Origin: Chrysemys picta bellii
Lineage: Eukaryota
DNA length: 64,000 nucleotides
Direction: 5' to 3'
Assembly: GCF_011386835.1 (NCBI RefSeq)
Contig: NC_088801.1
Coordinates: forward strand, 55,986,001 to 56,050,000
This document shows positions 23,047-38,100 of the stretch, piece after piece; positions within the stretch are counted from its first letter, which is position 1; every line of letters begins with the position of its first letter. Made by a program: the position numbers and the translations under genes. The notes below the pieces were generated by a model that worked only from the letters and a program-made list of their open reading frames with translations, was not told where the DNA came from and searched no databases.

Positions 23047-23120
23047 ATGGCGCGGAGCGGCCGGGCGCTTGGGAAAGTGCTCGCCGAAAGGCTCACGGCG
23101 CCGCACAGAAGCGTTCTCAG
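23047..23120 (+). CDS. COQ10B: COQ10B exon 1 (Arg-rich presequence-like)
   Basis: [24 protein letters not shown], then AG|GTAGGT. Confidence 0.8.
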
Positions 23121-26100
23121 GTAGGTGGGGTCCTCGCGTCCGGCCAGTCACAGGGACATGGGCAGGTTTAAAGGGGCTGGTGACCCCCCCCCCCCCCCGT
23201 TCTTTCCCGTACTGCGAGCGCCTCCTCCCACCGCCTAGGCACTGGGAATCTCCCTTGAGCCGCTCCTCCAGCTCGTGAGAGGCGGCCCCTGCTCGCTCCA
23301 CCCGGCGCCCGGGAGCTGAGTGGTGGTAACTAACAACGTTGACATTCGCCTTGCGATCAGTAGGCTCCAGAGTGAACGCGCTGGCGCTGGGCGGGGAAAC
23401 TGCTCGCTCCTCTCGGAGCCCCCGTCTGGCTGAGGATTTGGGCACTTGGGGTCGTGGGGCTCAAGTCTCTTTCCAACTCAAAGGCAATAAATAGGTAGCT
23501 AGGTACATTCTCTGGGGAAACCCCAACATCACGCTGGAGTTAAGGGGATAATTTAAGGGTGAAATACTGTCACAGGAGTATTGTGATGATTCCAAAAAAC
23601 TTTAGTGCAGATGAAAGGTCTGGTTCTGCTTGAAGGAACTGCAGAACATTAACAGTCTACAAACTGACACACTCTCTAGCTGAACCAATATATATAATTT
23701 TCGGGCACATTTCAAACATATTTCAAGACCTATGTCATGACATTTTAATAAATGTAAGGTTGATTAAGAGTCAAGACCTACCCACTTTGTGTCACAACCG
23801 GTTCTGTTGAACCCAGTCTTTCAATTATAGAGGCAGGTTGTGTGAAAACAAAAGAAAACTTGGAAAGCAAAATGGTCTCAAACTATTTCTCTTAATAAGG
23901 AGTGAAATAATAAAAGGGCTCTTCCAGTCTTTATTGTTATTAGGGAGCTGCTGGTTGTGCCTCCATGTTAAGGTTGAGGTACGGTGTGTGTGTGGTTCCC
24001 CTTTTCCCCGTATTTAAAACTGGTAATAAATAGGCTGGAAGTGAAATCCCTTCATGATGTCATAAACTACATTCAGTTGTTTGACACGGACTGAAGTAGC
24101 AAAATGTGGGATCTTTTTTTTCCCCCTCTTTGGAGGGGAAAAAAATGTAATTTTATGTCCTGTCCCTATTCAAGTGAAGTTTAAGGTGGGCTGGAGATAC
24201 TAAAATAGTTCATCCTTGTTAAATGAAAGTAGCTTTTTAAAATGATTTAATGTGTGTGGTTTGAGGACAAACAACATTCCCAGAAACCGTGTCTAACACA
24301 GAAAAGCCTGTTATTTAGACTCTTGATACCTAGTAACATTTGGTACCTAGTAACATTTGAATATGGTTATAGCCTATCTTAAAGAAACACGTTGTTTAGG
24401 TGCTTTTGATCCAAGTGTAACTTGTCTTAAAATGATAGTGTGTTCAGGACTTTCTGCATTGAAAGTGAGATAAAGAATTAGGGGAGGGTAGCTATTACTA
24501 GGGTTTTTATAAGCACTATGTTCATGATCTACCAAATACTTAGCTATAGATTCAATCTGTACCAAACTTGTATATAAACTTATCTTTAACAACTTGTATA
24601 ATGCATGCACCAAATACATACCTCTATCTATTAATGTTTTAATCAATAACGTGCTATTAATAAAAGAGGGAGAGACATTCAGACCACTTTTCCATAAAGC
24701 ACTTTTTTTCCTTTGTCACCTAGTGCAGAGAGGAGCACTGTGGAAAGCTGCACAATTATGTGAAAAGGAAAGATGTCCATGTGGTATCTTAACACCACGC
24801 AGCTGCTTACAACCTTCTAATGTGTGAGCTTTGTTCTGCCTGTGTGTTGAGTACCAAACTAACTAATGAGGGAGAAATTGATGTCCACTGGGATTTGGAA
24901 TGAGATCAACTTATGTCACATTGATGTCAAAGACCATAAAACAGCCACCAGTTGACATTAACTTGATGAAACTGATATTTGAGAAACTATGAATACGGTT
25001 ACACTGGCACATCCTTAGTACTAATCTCAGTCTTTTTTATCATTTGTTAGATATCTCTTCTTCTAGTACTTGATTCTAATCAACTTTAATCTTAAAACAG
25101 ATCTGTGTTTTTTTTTTTTTTTTGTAATTTAATAAAATCATGGAGTCTGTTATTTGAACATGTAAGATACAGTAGTAACTGTTTACTCCGTGGAGCATGA
25201 AAGCCCTGTGGTACCATAGTTGGTGTCCTAGCATTTGGAGATATCCAATCCAATCATTTGCTGCTTTAATAGTAAAAAAGTATACTAAGATGTGAAAGCT
25301 GGCTGCCCTGTTGCTAGAGAGGGGTGAATGCAGGACTAGAAGCCAAGTACTTCTGAATTCTAATATGGGCGCTGCTGCTATCTGCCCTCTGTGACCTTGA
25401 ACAAATCACTAATATGCTACATCTGTTTCCCTAACTGCAAAATTGGGAATGTTTAGTGTTTGAAGATGGATGAACAATGAGTGTTGAGCACTGTTTTTTA
25501 TATACCTAGACTAAATACTTTGCTACTTACTACATGTGACCTTGAAAGAGTTAAAAGTCTGATTCAAGAAAGCACCTATACTTAAGTCCCACTGGTATTA
25601 CAGTATTTAAGTGATGTCTTCTGTAAGGATGCTTTCCTGTATCTTAGCTGAAGACAGCACATTCTTGATATCTGATTTATCTTCAGATAAAATAAAGAGA
25701 AAATAAACTGATGATGCAGTATTCCATATGAAACTTCCCCAGACTTGTTAACCTTGTAATTTCTTCTTATGTTAATCATGCCTGCCTTGAATGGTATTAA
25801 AACTCTAAACCAGACATTAGCTATCAGCAGTTATTTCTCATTGTTCTTATTTATGTTATTTAACATAAAGGATTGGGATTTGGAAGTTGCAAACCAAGTC
25901 TACCGGAAAAATGGTTTGAAATATTTTTACTGATCATTACAGAAATTTAAATACACATTTATTTTTGACAATGTATCACATACATAGTTAAAAACTCTCA
26001 TGTTTTATTTTTGTCTTTGGTTGAGAGAGGCTAACTTAAATGTAAAATAAGGCCTATCCCAAGTTTTCTGAGTGCATTGACCAGGTTTATAGAAATTTGA

Positions 26101-29100
26101 TAAAATAATTAATAAATCCTTATCCATATCCATCTCTCTGGCACTGCAAGACTGTTTCTCTATGGTACCCCTTGCCGCATCTTGTCACACTGTTGCTAAA
26201 TTATGGGACTGTATTCACATCTTTTGAGATACAACTGTCCTACAGTCTCAAGGGTTTTCCAGATATTCAGCCTAACTTTCCCTTTCCTAATTTCATACCA
26301 ATACTCCTGGTTGTATCTCCGATACAATCCCAAATAATTCTTTTCTGTCTCTGGTGTTTACAGTTTTAAATATTTGTAGTCTATGGTCTTGTTTCACATG
26401 TTTTATTACCTCACAAAATATGTATATATTATCTCTCCAGACTCTGATCGTGTTCTTTGCTCTCTTCTGAAGTCCCTCCCAGATTGGTTTTCGGCCTGCT
26501 AACATGGTGAACCAGATCTAAATGCAAGTGTAGCCCTGGGGTAGTTGTACAATCGAGGGTTAGTATTGCAGTTCTTAGGGGCTTAAGCATTTTTGTCAAA
26601 AGTCTTCACGATAGTTTTGAATAGAATTTAGTTACTCAAGTAGATATTTCCATTATATAAGCTCCTCAAAGCAGGGATTGTGTCCCAAGAATGTTTGTAA
26701 AATGGCTTGTATAATTACAGCATTATTTGAATGTCCTGTAATAAAGCTCCATTGAGGTGAGTGCAGAGCAGGTATGTGATGCTTCCATGGTGGTTTGAAT
26801 GTCTGCCCCATAAGTTTACACTGTTGGTTATTGTAGGACATTATTGGGTGTTTCACAGGCTAGCAAAAGTTAATAGTTTCTTCTTTAAATAGTTGGCAGT
26901 TTACACTTGGTTATCATAACTTGCTAGACTTCAGTGGTTAAGGAGAAGTATGCTATGTTAAAAAAAAAACTTTCAGCTTATTGGGGAAGGTCAGTTCCAT
27001 TTTTAACTCCTCATCCATATGACTGCTTGAATCTAGAGTTACAATTCTGATTGTGTTGTTAGAAATATGATAGAAATAGATAGTTCATTAGATATTATGG
27101 GGAGAGGTACCACTGGTAGATAGTAGAGCTCTGTCTTTTAAATGCATTGATGCCAGGAATCAGGTCTTCCTGAGGTTAACTTTTGTGTAAAATATATTAG
27201 TGCTTTTTAACAATGATAGATCCCAACTTAAGCAGAGTTGAGAATTTAACAGTGTAGATAGATCTATAAATGTGATGATTCACATTTAAAAACTGAAATA
27301 TGCTTTGTATTCTTCCATAATCTTAAATTCATTGACAGAATACAGATATAACCTTTATAAGTATTTCTGAAAAGTAAATGATGAGGTTTTATTTCTGAAA
27401 ACACTTGAGTTCAAGATTATATATGATGATCTCAACTCTTTCAGGAGAAACAAATGTCTAAAGTAGGATAAGGAATGTAGTTTCCTCTCCAAAAGGCCAT
27501 GCACCCAGGAACTTGCTTTTTAAGAGAAATAAGGGGGGAGGAGAAACCAATTTCTTGTAATCTGAAACATAAAAATATGAATGTATTTATAATGGCATTC
27601 AGTTGCGTATCTCACTTCTTTTCCTGTTCACATATTCAGAATGGGACAAAATATTAGAGATGACTTCTGAAAACTATTTATGTATTAGCAGGAAATGCTG
27701 TTCTGCAAGTCAAAGTGAACTCAGTTTAGTGTATGGCCTCAGACTGACTTGAAGCCAAGTCTTAAGGGAAGGCCTTTGTATTTTACTGTGTGCCAATTTT
27801 TTTTCCGTGACTGGGAGCTATTTTTAGTTTCACCAAAGGCAAAAAAAGGTTAACGTTGCATCTTGAACAGCTTACAGACTGTTACGGAGTTCACTTTCAC
27901 ATCTGAATCCAAAATTTTCAGCAATACTGTAGAACAGATTGCCTATATGTCTCACTTTAATGTATGGAGTGTTGTAGCCATGTTGGTCCCAGGATATTAG
28001 AGAGATAAGATAGGTCATGTCATATCTTTTTATTGCACCTCACCCACCTTGTCTGTCTCACTTCATTGCATTAATAATTGTTTTGTTAATCAAAAACACA
28101 CTATAAAAAACATTTTCACAATTGCAGGCACTTGGCTTCATGTGGTATTCTGATGAGCAGAATTCCTCCAATGCAAGCATCTGTAACAAACCGTACCTTC
28201 GAAAGAAGAACTTTCTTCAACATTGCTTCACCGTTTGGAAATAAAAGAAAAGAATATTCTGAGAGAAGGATTATAGGGTTTGTATAATAGAACTATGGAA
28301 ATAGATTTATCTGTGTGCATTTGGTTTCCACAAGTTGTTGTAGATAACCAGAAATACTAGAAATGTTTATGGCTTATGTTTAGTGGTGACTAATGATTTT
28401 AAAGGAGCCCGACTTTCAGAAAGTGCAGAGTCTCTCTCCCCTCAAAATCAGGCCCCTTTTAAGTGCCTCAAATTGAACACCAAAAAATGAAGATACTAAA
28501 AATCACTAGCCAGTTTTGAAAGGTTTATTATGTGACTGTTGTCTTGTCCAGAAATTAAACCTGGTGTTCAAAAAAAATTATAATAAATAAAAAAGCTACC
28601 CCTTCTAGTGGAAAGAATGCCTTAACCATTTAATTTGCTTCTGCAGAAAACTAATTCCAGCAAAATAACAAAGGTATGAACTCAATTAGTTTTTCCTCAT
28701 TTGCTCCAAGAATATGCTGATACTTTCCACTTATATTACACCTTTCATTTGAGGATCTTGAGTTCTTTTAAATTGCTATTGGGTGTGTGGAGAGGAAGCA
28801 TTATCCCTGTTTCATAGATGGGGAAACAAAAGTACAGAGCTACAGCCCAGGGTGAAATCTGGCCCCATTAAAGTCAACAGCAAATCCCCTGTTGATCTTA
28901 ATAGAGCCAGGATTTCATGCTAGGGCTCTTGGCCTCCCAGTCACATGTTCTGGATATGAGACACGTTATTTCCTCTTCAAACACTGCCTTTGCATGAAAT
29001 GGCAAGTGATCCTTGAATTTCAGTGAGCTACATATGTGTAGCCAAAAGAATAACTTGGCCAACAGCTGTTATGTTTATGATCCTTTTTCTCTGGAATGGA

Positions 29101-32100
29101 TTCTCTGTTCATTTTTCCAAAGCAGAACTTTCCTTTTTAGGATGCAGGAAAAACAGCATTCCCTTTCACTTTTGACACATCTCCTCTTTGTAGTTATTGC
29201 AGTGTAGTATCTCTCCTCCTGTAGAGCACCTTTGTTTAATTGATAAACTTGGATACAGCTGAGCAGGAAAAAGGACTACCTCCCAGCTGAAATACTATAC
29301 TTCTTTGGTCTCTTAGTACTGAGGAGTGTTGGCCACAATCCAGATATGTCTCTCACTTGTGTGGGCTTTTTTTTTTTTTTTTTAATTTGTCAGACATATA
29401 ATTATATTTGTTAATGTGACATTATTGCTGGATTCATAAGTCTGCATTGTTGACATATATTTAAAGATGGAATGAAATGTTTTTTAAACATTAAGGAGTT
29501 ACTTTCAATCAGTGGTCCCCAAACTTTTGAAGTTGCCCCCCCCCTTGCCCCCTGTCCCTTCCGCCAGGAACGAGGCTCCGGCTGTGGGGGGTAGACACGG
29601 ACAGGGGTAAAGGGGCCAGGGCTGGGTCCGCAATTGGGGGTGGATTTGTAGCTGGGAATGGGGCCGCTTCCAGGTGCGGCTCTGCTCCTGGCCTTGGCCG
29701 TGGGCCAGGAATGGAGCTGTGGCCAGTGGCTGAGGCTAGGGGCAGGGCCAGGAGCGGAGCTATGCCGAGGCTGGGGACAGGAGCCGAGGATGCGGCTGGT
29801 GGCAGGACTGGAGCTGAGCTGGGGGCAGAGAGGGTTTGGGTGGTGCTCCCTCCCCGCCCCCTGTGGGGGCTGGCCCAGGCCCACCATGCCCCCCGGACAT
29901 CCCTAGTTTAGGGACCTCCATTTTAAATTGATAGGAAGCATGCAAGAGTTCAGGATCTCTTTCGTCTCAATTTGATGACTGACATTGGGACACCTAAAGC
30001 AGAAAAGGCAAAGTGGAACACACAGCCCTTTAATTGTTTGTAATGTCACCAGTTGTTTTAGGAGAAACTCAAGATCAGAATTTTGTTTTTAATTTTTTTT
30101 CCAAATGCTCCTTACAATTTTTTAATCTTTAATTTAAACCCATCCCCATACTTCCTTAGGGTCCAATCCTGCAAGGCACTGTGCACTTTGGAAGTCAGGG
30201 CACTCTGTACTTATCAGGAGGTGCTCAGCACTTTGTGGGTATGGGCTGATCTTACTTACTATTTCTAAAGCATCATAAATGTAATTAACATTTCAGACAA
30301 ATAAGAATGTCCATGCCCCCAGCAATTTGCGATGTGAAGTTTAAACAAGATGTATGAGGGAAGACAACAAAATGCTGGGCACAGGATGAGGGTGATGTGA
30401 GGACAAGGGCTGATGGGATAAGATAATGGAGTTCCTGAGGTAGCTGATAGATGTATCTTGAGGGTTAAACTAGGAAGTTCACAGCATGCTGAAGGATTGA
30501 AGAAATGAAGGGTCTGGAGATGGGATTGAGCTAAGGTTTTCCCACTACGATAAAAGATAATAGGAAAAGGAGCCAGATAAGGGAGAGTGGTTACAGAGTA
30601 AAGAGGAGGTGAAATAGGCAGAAAGGAGGAGTTATGAGTTGAAGGGTTAGAGGCAGATAGAAAAGAGACTACAGCAGCAGGAGGATTCTTTAATTAGATC
30701 TGTTGTTTTCCAGAAGCTCTTGTATACTCATTGTATTGTATATGCACAAAATTTGACTTTCAAAGAGTCATAACTGGTTAAATCAAAATCAGTTTTCTTC
30801 GGAAGACTCTGACAGGTCTCAGTGAGGGCAATTACCATGTCAAATGGCTGCAATATTATTATTATTTGTGTGTGTCTGCAAGTTCGCTTTCTCCCCTTTC
30901 CAAAAGCAGCTGCAATTTCCCCTTCAAACTTGGCATATACTCAACACCCCTTTGCAGCCCTTTCCCCCTTTAAAAAAAAAAAACCACCCCAAAAATCATT
31001 TCCCAACAGAAACCAACTTTGGAGACACTACTGCAGCTTTGCCTTTAGCAGTTGTATCAGCTTTCCTAATAATACAGGATTTTTAAAGTTTGTATATTTT
31101 AAAAGCATATGCAGATCTGCTAAACATTAATGTGGCTGATTTGCTAAAGGGTGGGATGAAAAGATAAAGATCTACAGAATCTGTATCTCTGTAGAATTTA
31201 CTGCAATTTTGCATTTGTCTAGAAGTCTGAACTAGAGGTATAAAAACTGTTCTGTGGAAAATCACTTGTGAAGTATTTGAAGAGCCTTAATGGATAACTA
31301 GGAAAAATAGCAACATTTTTTCCCATCTTCTGATATCCTTGTTTGACCATTACAAATGAAGGTGATATAAATATTTACTCTGGGCTGAAACTTCGTATAT
31401 GGGTCAGAATCAGTAAAAATTCCGTTCCGCATTTACCTAATTTAAAAACTAGTTCAAGACAAGACTAGAATTTCCACTTTGCTTTCACCCTAAGGGTTTG
31501 AATGAGATTCTGAGTAAATGAGTAAAAAGTCGGGGGGGGGGGGGGGGAGGGAGAGGGAGAGGGAGAGGGGAGGTTTTTATTAAATCCAGCATTTTAGCCT
31601 AATGGCTTCCTTTTAGGTTTTTTGTTTCTTTGGTTTTGTTTTTGGTAAAGTCCATTTGATACAGAAGTCGCTGAAAAAGCCCCAAAACCTAAGACTAAAA
31701 GGTTCCCCCCTTTTTGAGACACTTCTAAAATTTAGTACCAACAGTGTTTATCTTGAAGAATTGCATGTTCAGACTGCTTGAAATTGGCTTTTAGCTTGCC
31801 TTTTTTTTTTTTTTTTTTTTTAATACTGAATAACTTAGGCTCCAATCCTGCAAACACTTAACGATATGAGGGACTAGTCATATGCATGAAATTACAAATT
31901 ACTCATTTGTGTGTTTGTAGGGTTGGGACTTTAGCTCTCGAATGCAAGGGACTAATAGCAGCAGCTTGACAGAACAGATGGTGGGTAAGCACTGTGCTGG
32001 CTTCCCCATCTAGTTTTACCAACATACCTCATCCCAACCTGTGGCATCTTATCTATTCCAATGTCTTGCTTCCCTTGGGCAAATATTGATTTGTACCAAA

Positions 32101-35100
32101 TTGCTTACAACTTGTTCTTAACTATTTTTAATTAGCCAAGTTACCTGTACATTTTTTAATAATAGCTATATTGTCTTCAGTTGATTGTATCTTTTGAGAT
32201 TCTAAGTTGTATTATTATTAGAATGGAAATCTTCTTTATTTAGCTTTTTGTAAAGTGTAGTCAGCATTTACAGTGCTGAATAAATTACTGCTAAAATATT
32301 AAAAGGATGTAAGGCTGCAAAGTCAAGAACTCATACATTTTTGAAATACCAAAATTAAAGTTGCCCATGTAACTTATAGTAACTTGGAAAGCTTTTATAT
32401 TTAAATTACTACAGTTTTATAACTGGTAATGTCATGTTTCTATTTTCAGGTATTCCATGCAGGAAATGTATGAAGTGGTAGCTGTTGTGGAGGACTACAA
32501 ACTCTTTGTTCCTTGGTGTAAAAAGTCAGACATATTATCCAAACGTTCTGGATACTGCAAAGCCCACTTAGAAATAGGATTTCCTCCTGTAGTAGAGAAA
32601 TATACATCAGTTGTTACCCTAGTGAGACCTCACTTGGTTAAGGTAATTCTTATTTTGTGTATTTCTTGTGTGTAACTTTTCCTAATATCCGATTGTATAA
32701 ACTTAATACTTTAAAGAAAACAGGAAACTATGACTTCAAAACAAAATTCAAAAATGATTTTGAGTGGTGCTGTATTTTCAAAGACTGTGTGTAGCTTCTG
32801 TTCAAGACCTAATTACAGCTGAGGGATATTGAACATGGTTTTTAAAATGTGAGCTGCAAAGCAGAAAAATCTTTGCCTTATTCTTTTTATTATGTGAGAA
32901 ATAACCAGCCATTTATGTGATATGTGTATATACAGATTCCTGGTTCTCTTCATTATAAGGTGTGTGTGTGTGTGTGTATGTGTGTATGTGTATAATATAT
33001 ATATATAAATAACTTAAAATTAATCTTGACTTACCCTTTTTCTTTGGGGAGTGGGTATGATGCTTCAGACACTTCAGCAAGAACTGTGGCATTGTCATCA
33101 CTTTCCTCCAGCATTCATGACTTACATTATTTGGCTGGAAAGGCTCAAGCCCTTTAATGGTGAAGGCTTGCTCAGTAGCAAGACTGATGAGAAGATGGAG
33201 ACTGTGTCTACTGCTCTGTCTTTCAGGTTAACCTGGTCAGAAGAGAAGGAACCTACCTCATCTTCTTTCACGTTCCAGAGGCAATAACTTTCATCTGTTT
33301 CCTTTTACCCTTCTTCATAACAGTTTCAACCATGGCAGTAACCAAAAAGGCAGATTAAAAGGACAACATTTTAAGCAGAGGTCTGGCACTTCAGCTGCTC
33401 TTTTGTCCTGTACACCTACTCAGGCTCAAATCCAAGGGTTGCTTGGGAACCTAATCTCTATTTCTTTTACGCTTCTTCGTCCCACACCTCTCCTTCACCT
33501 TGGGAATTGTCTCCTCGATTTTCTTGCAGCATGGAGTGGAATTGTCATAGATAACTTGTGTCAAAGATAACTGTTCGGTTAAACAGCCCAAATCTGTTCT
33601 TTCTCCCATCCCCATTCTTTCCAGGGATTCCTTTTATAAAACAGTTAAGAGGAGAAATGGATTCCTTGTTATGTATGGGAGATATAAGATGCCAAGACAG
33701 TACAGTGGGGGGAAGGGCTTTTATTTAAAGTACTTTCTCATTCTGGGGGGAAAAAAGGTGGTCTCCCACCGATCATGGACCTGAGACAGCTGAACAATTA
33801 CAGCAGAAAGTTCAGGTTTCACATGCTGACTGGACTCTCTCCCTGCTGTTTCCCTACAAGACTGGCTCTTGACCTAAAAGATAACGCTGAATGTAGACAT
33901 CAGGCTGCTCATCAACTATCTCTTAATTTACAGCGCACCTTAAAAGAGCTCATCTAGTCTTGGAGAAAACTAGAGCAGGGGTTCTCAATCTTTTTCTTGC
34001 TAAGACCCCCCCCTCAACGTGCTATAAAAACGCCAGAGCCCAGTGGGTTCGGGGGGGGGGGACGGACGGACCCTTGGGCATAGGCATAGTTTTACTTCTA
34101 TTTTTTGGGGGGAGGGAGGGGGAGCAAGTCGGGCTCAAGCCAGCTGTGCACAATGGGGTCCAGGGAGGGAGTGCCACCTCCACCCCTGACTCACTGAGGC
34201 CACCCAGCCTGTCTGGGCTGTGGGGGGATGCAACCAAAAAATATAACTCAAAGAGAGGAGTCAGTTCAAGAAGCTTGAAAACCACTCAGGGTGCAGGGAG
34301 CAGGTAGCTAGGGGCTGTGTGGGGGTGGGGGAGGGGCTCCTAGTGTGGCTCCTGGCTTCAGCCCAGCGCTTCTCCTGGCTTGTGGAGGGAAGGGGGTGCC
34401 AGACTCAGCTCCACACCACTCCCATCTTGAGAGTGAGGGGGGAAGGAGGATGGGGTGTTGGCTTCAACCTTGCACCGCTCCTGGCTTCGGAGCACGCTGG
34501 CTTCAGCCCCACACCGCTCCAGGCTTCAGCGTTGGGGCTCAGTGCACTGGGTTTCAGCCATAGGGCTCCGCGGACCCCCTGAAAGGGCTCGCGGACCCCT
34601 GGTTGAGAACCACTGGACTAGAATACTTCACCCCTAAGAGTGTTGAAGGGAGAAATCTATTTTTGGTGCTTAAGGTCTCTCCCAGACCTACTGTCTTTGT
34701 CTATACGAGGATTTTTTCCCCTAAAAATTCCCACCGTTCAGATCCATCAGTGTTGGCAATGTAGGAATGTTACCGTAAACAAGGAGCTGCTGGCATTCTA
34801 CCTTGTGGTGTTATGGTGGCTAAAACACCAGCAGCGCCTACCCACCATTGCTGTTGCTGACAGAGTTGAATTGTTGATATCAACAGTGGCAGATGTGAAG
34901 GAAAACAATTCTAGTGTTGATGCATCCATTGAGGCTAGAAGAGTTGCCAATTGGGGAGCAGCATTTGGGTGACTCTTGAAGCGGGAGCATTGTTCAGTCC
35001 TTCTCTGCTGGAAGTATGGCCAGCCCAAATCTGGGTTTGGACAGCAAACAAGAGTGAGTGAAAATAAGGGCTACGTTGATCTTCTAATCCCAGAGTGGAG

Positions 35101-38100
35101 GTTATGAAGCCAACACCAGTATGCTCCCCTAATATAAAGCTTTAGGCAAGGACTCTAATCAGATCTACCCTTAAACACTGCTTGCTGGGAACTGAAGCCA
35201 AATATGTACACTTATGGCTAGATTCTGCTATTCTTCTATAGATTAAACCCTTACATTGAAATCAATGAGACTGTTCATTCAGTGAAAGTGGTAGAATATG
35301 TTCCTTAATGACATGTATTTCTCGTGATAGAATATTTGTGAACTCTCAAACTTACAAAGGTGGCTGAACTTGAGACCTACGGTAGTTTAACATACAGCCA
35401 CTAATACTGTTTAGTATCAAAAGACAATATTTACAAATTAAGACTACTTATACGGTGTAATTATGAATATTGGAGGCATTTCAGTGCATATATACAAGAA
35501 ACAGTAAAGGTTAAATATCAGATGCTTTGTTTAAAACTATGGTACTTACAGCACAATGGTACTAAATAATTGCAATTTACAATACTAGGGCACTATTCTG
35601 CTTCTCCTACATACGTTGATCTTAGTTCTGTGCACCTGGTTTGAAATCTGTTCTGTGGATATGAGAACAGAAATTAGCCCTCTCCACACCCTCCTTTTTC
35701 CACCTAAGAACTGCTCCTCATGCAGATAACTTGATTGCATTGCTTTAAATTATTTTAGGTAAACTGATCTTATCTTGGCTTCGATGCAGGAGGAATTCTT
35801 AGCTGCACCATGCCCTTTAACATGTAGTGAAATGTGGAAACATTAACTTTCTTTGTATATTTAATGTACAAGAACTTATTCTAGCTTAACTCGAACTTTC
35901 TTTTAGGCATCCTGCACAGATGGGAAACTATTTAATCATCTGGAAACAGTATGGCGTTTCGGTCCAGGAATCCCAGGTTATCCAAGAACATGTACCTTGG
36001 ATTTTTCAGTAAGTATGGTAATTAAGCTCGCTGACTGCTGGAAATGGGACATGAAATGTACTTAAACACAAATGTGCTGCTACTAATGAAAAATATGCTA
36101 AGCACATGCACTGAAAAATCAAGCTAACTTTACAAAACTTACTCTGTTAAATTTTATCATGTGAAAATTTCCCTTTGTAGTCCTCATGAGAAATACTTCT
36201 TGGATGAAAACATTAGCTTCCATTGCAATGAAGTATTTCAGGGGGTTGAGTATTCTTCCCCCCCCCCCCCCCAAAAAAAAAACCTACTAAACACTTAATG
36301 CTGGTGTTTTCCAGGTTGCCAGACAAACAAATACATATGGGATAATTGTAAGTCAGTGATAGAATAGACCAATGATTCTCAAACTTTTTTACTGGTGACC
36401 TCTTTCACATAGCAAGCCTCTGGGTGTGCATACCCCCCTCCCCCAATCAAATAAAATGCTTTTATATATATTTAACACCATTATAAATGCTGGAGGCAAT
36501 GCGGGGTTTGGGGTGTGGAGGCTGACAGCTCATGACCCCCTATTTAAGAACCTTGGAACCCCCAGTTTGAGAACCCCTGATATAGACCATGTCCCCACAA
36601 ATACAGGATTGTTCTCATGTTAGCTTCTAGTTTTAAATTTTCCAATGGAGAGGATTTCACCACTTCTGTTGGTTGCCTATTCCACAACCTCTAATAGATT
36701 TCAGTCAGGACGTGTGGTATTTTCCCTCTGCTCTTTAGCATGGAGTAGACTCTCTTCCTTTTTTGTGTATAGTCCTTTCTTCCTTCTTTGTACTGCTATC
36801 CAGTCCCTTTTTGGTTGTTTCTTAGCCAAGCTGTATGTAATGAGCTCTTCTGTTCTAATCTTTTCTCAACGTAAGTGCTCCAGCCCCCAATCACTTTTTG
36901 CTCCCTTATGAACTGCCTGCATACCGTTTATATGGTTTGGTAATGAGGTGGCTGCAGTTAGATGTAGTATTCCAGACACAGTTACACTGGAGTTGTATTC
37001 AGGGCAAATAACAACTCTCTGTTCTATGATGGGAAACCACTGCAGTTCAAAACTGTTGTCTCTTTAGAGACAATATCTGATTTGCTAATACTTCTAGGTA
37101 GCTTTTTCCTTGTATTACTGCTTCTGTAGTTTCTCCTATTTATTTTCTCTTTTTAGTTATTCGGTTTTTAAAATTTATCTCCTAATTCCTCTCTCTCTGT
37201 GTGTCTGTCTCTCTATATAGTATGCGTGTGTTTGTTTGTTTGTTTGTTGTCATTCCCAAGCCAGGGACCCACCTGTAAACCTGCACCTCTGTATATAGCC
37301 TGGCCTACAGCAGCAAATGCTGTACTCGAATCTGTGTAGATACTGTTGCCACCTGCTGGAGTTCCCTGATTTAAGAAATAGGAGAAAGCTCTTTTGGTGC
37401 CTCTTGTAATTTGAGACTCTCTTGCTTGGGCTAATCTCCTTCAGTTTACTGGGCTTGGCGACATCACAAGTTCAGTAATAGAAAAACAAGCACATGCCTG
37501 TAAAATTCAATTGGTTCTCTCACAGGACATGCCACTTAATCTTGCAAGATGTATGGACCCCCAAACTCTTTTACTCATAGAACGTAAAAGCTCCCCAGAA
37601 AAATGTATTATTCTAAAGTGCCTCAAAAAAAAAAAAAAAAAAAAAAAGCAGTATGCTCGCTCCCAGTGATGATTATTGTGCAGAAACGCTGAAGGCTTTA
37701 TCCCAAACCTTGTCTGAGTTGAAAAAGTTAGAATGACTGGTTTTAAATCCCATAATCCAGATACCTTGTTCTAAGGAAACAGAAACTAAAAAAAAATCTT
37801 TTTACCTAAACCATTTTATGGCAATCTAGGTTGACACCTTGTTAAAGGGAGTCAAAATTGGCCTTAAAACAGACACTGTTCAACTTTACTTGAACTGCTA
37901 TCATGGCCCTCTGCTATCCACACTATTTTGAAGCGGTAAATGGTTTGTGTCAGTAACAGAAGTAGAGATAGTTTAGTTCATTGGGTGTAGAAAAGGACTC
38001 TGAATGAGGCACTTAGGAATGCTAATCCTTGCTCTGCCACTGACTTGCTGTGTGGCTACAGCGAAGTAATTTAATAAGTCTTTTCCCCATCTGCGAAATG

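Noticed and set aside
22278-23445. ORFs of 119-201 aa around the COQ10B promoter
   Set aside because: Same compositional artefact; they overlap the true exon 1 in other frames or strands.
32958-33010. (TG)n/(TA)n microsatellite, plus homopolymer runs elsewhere
   Set aside because: Ordinary simple repeats with no special context.
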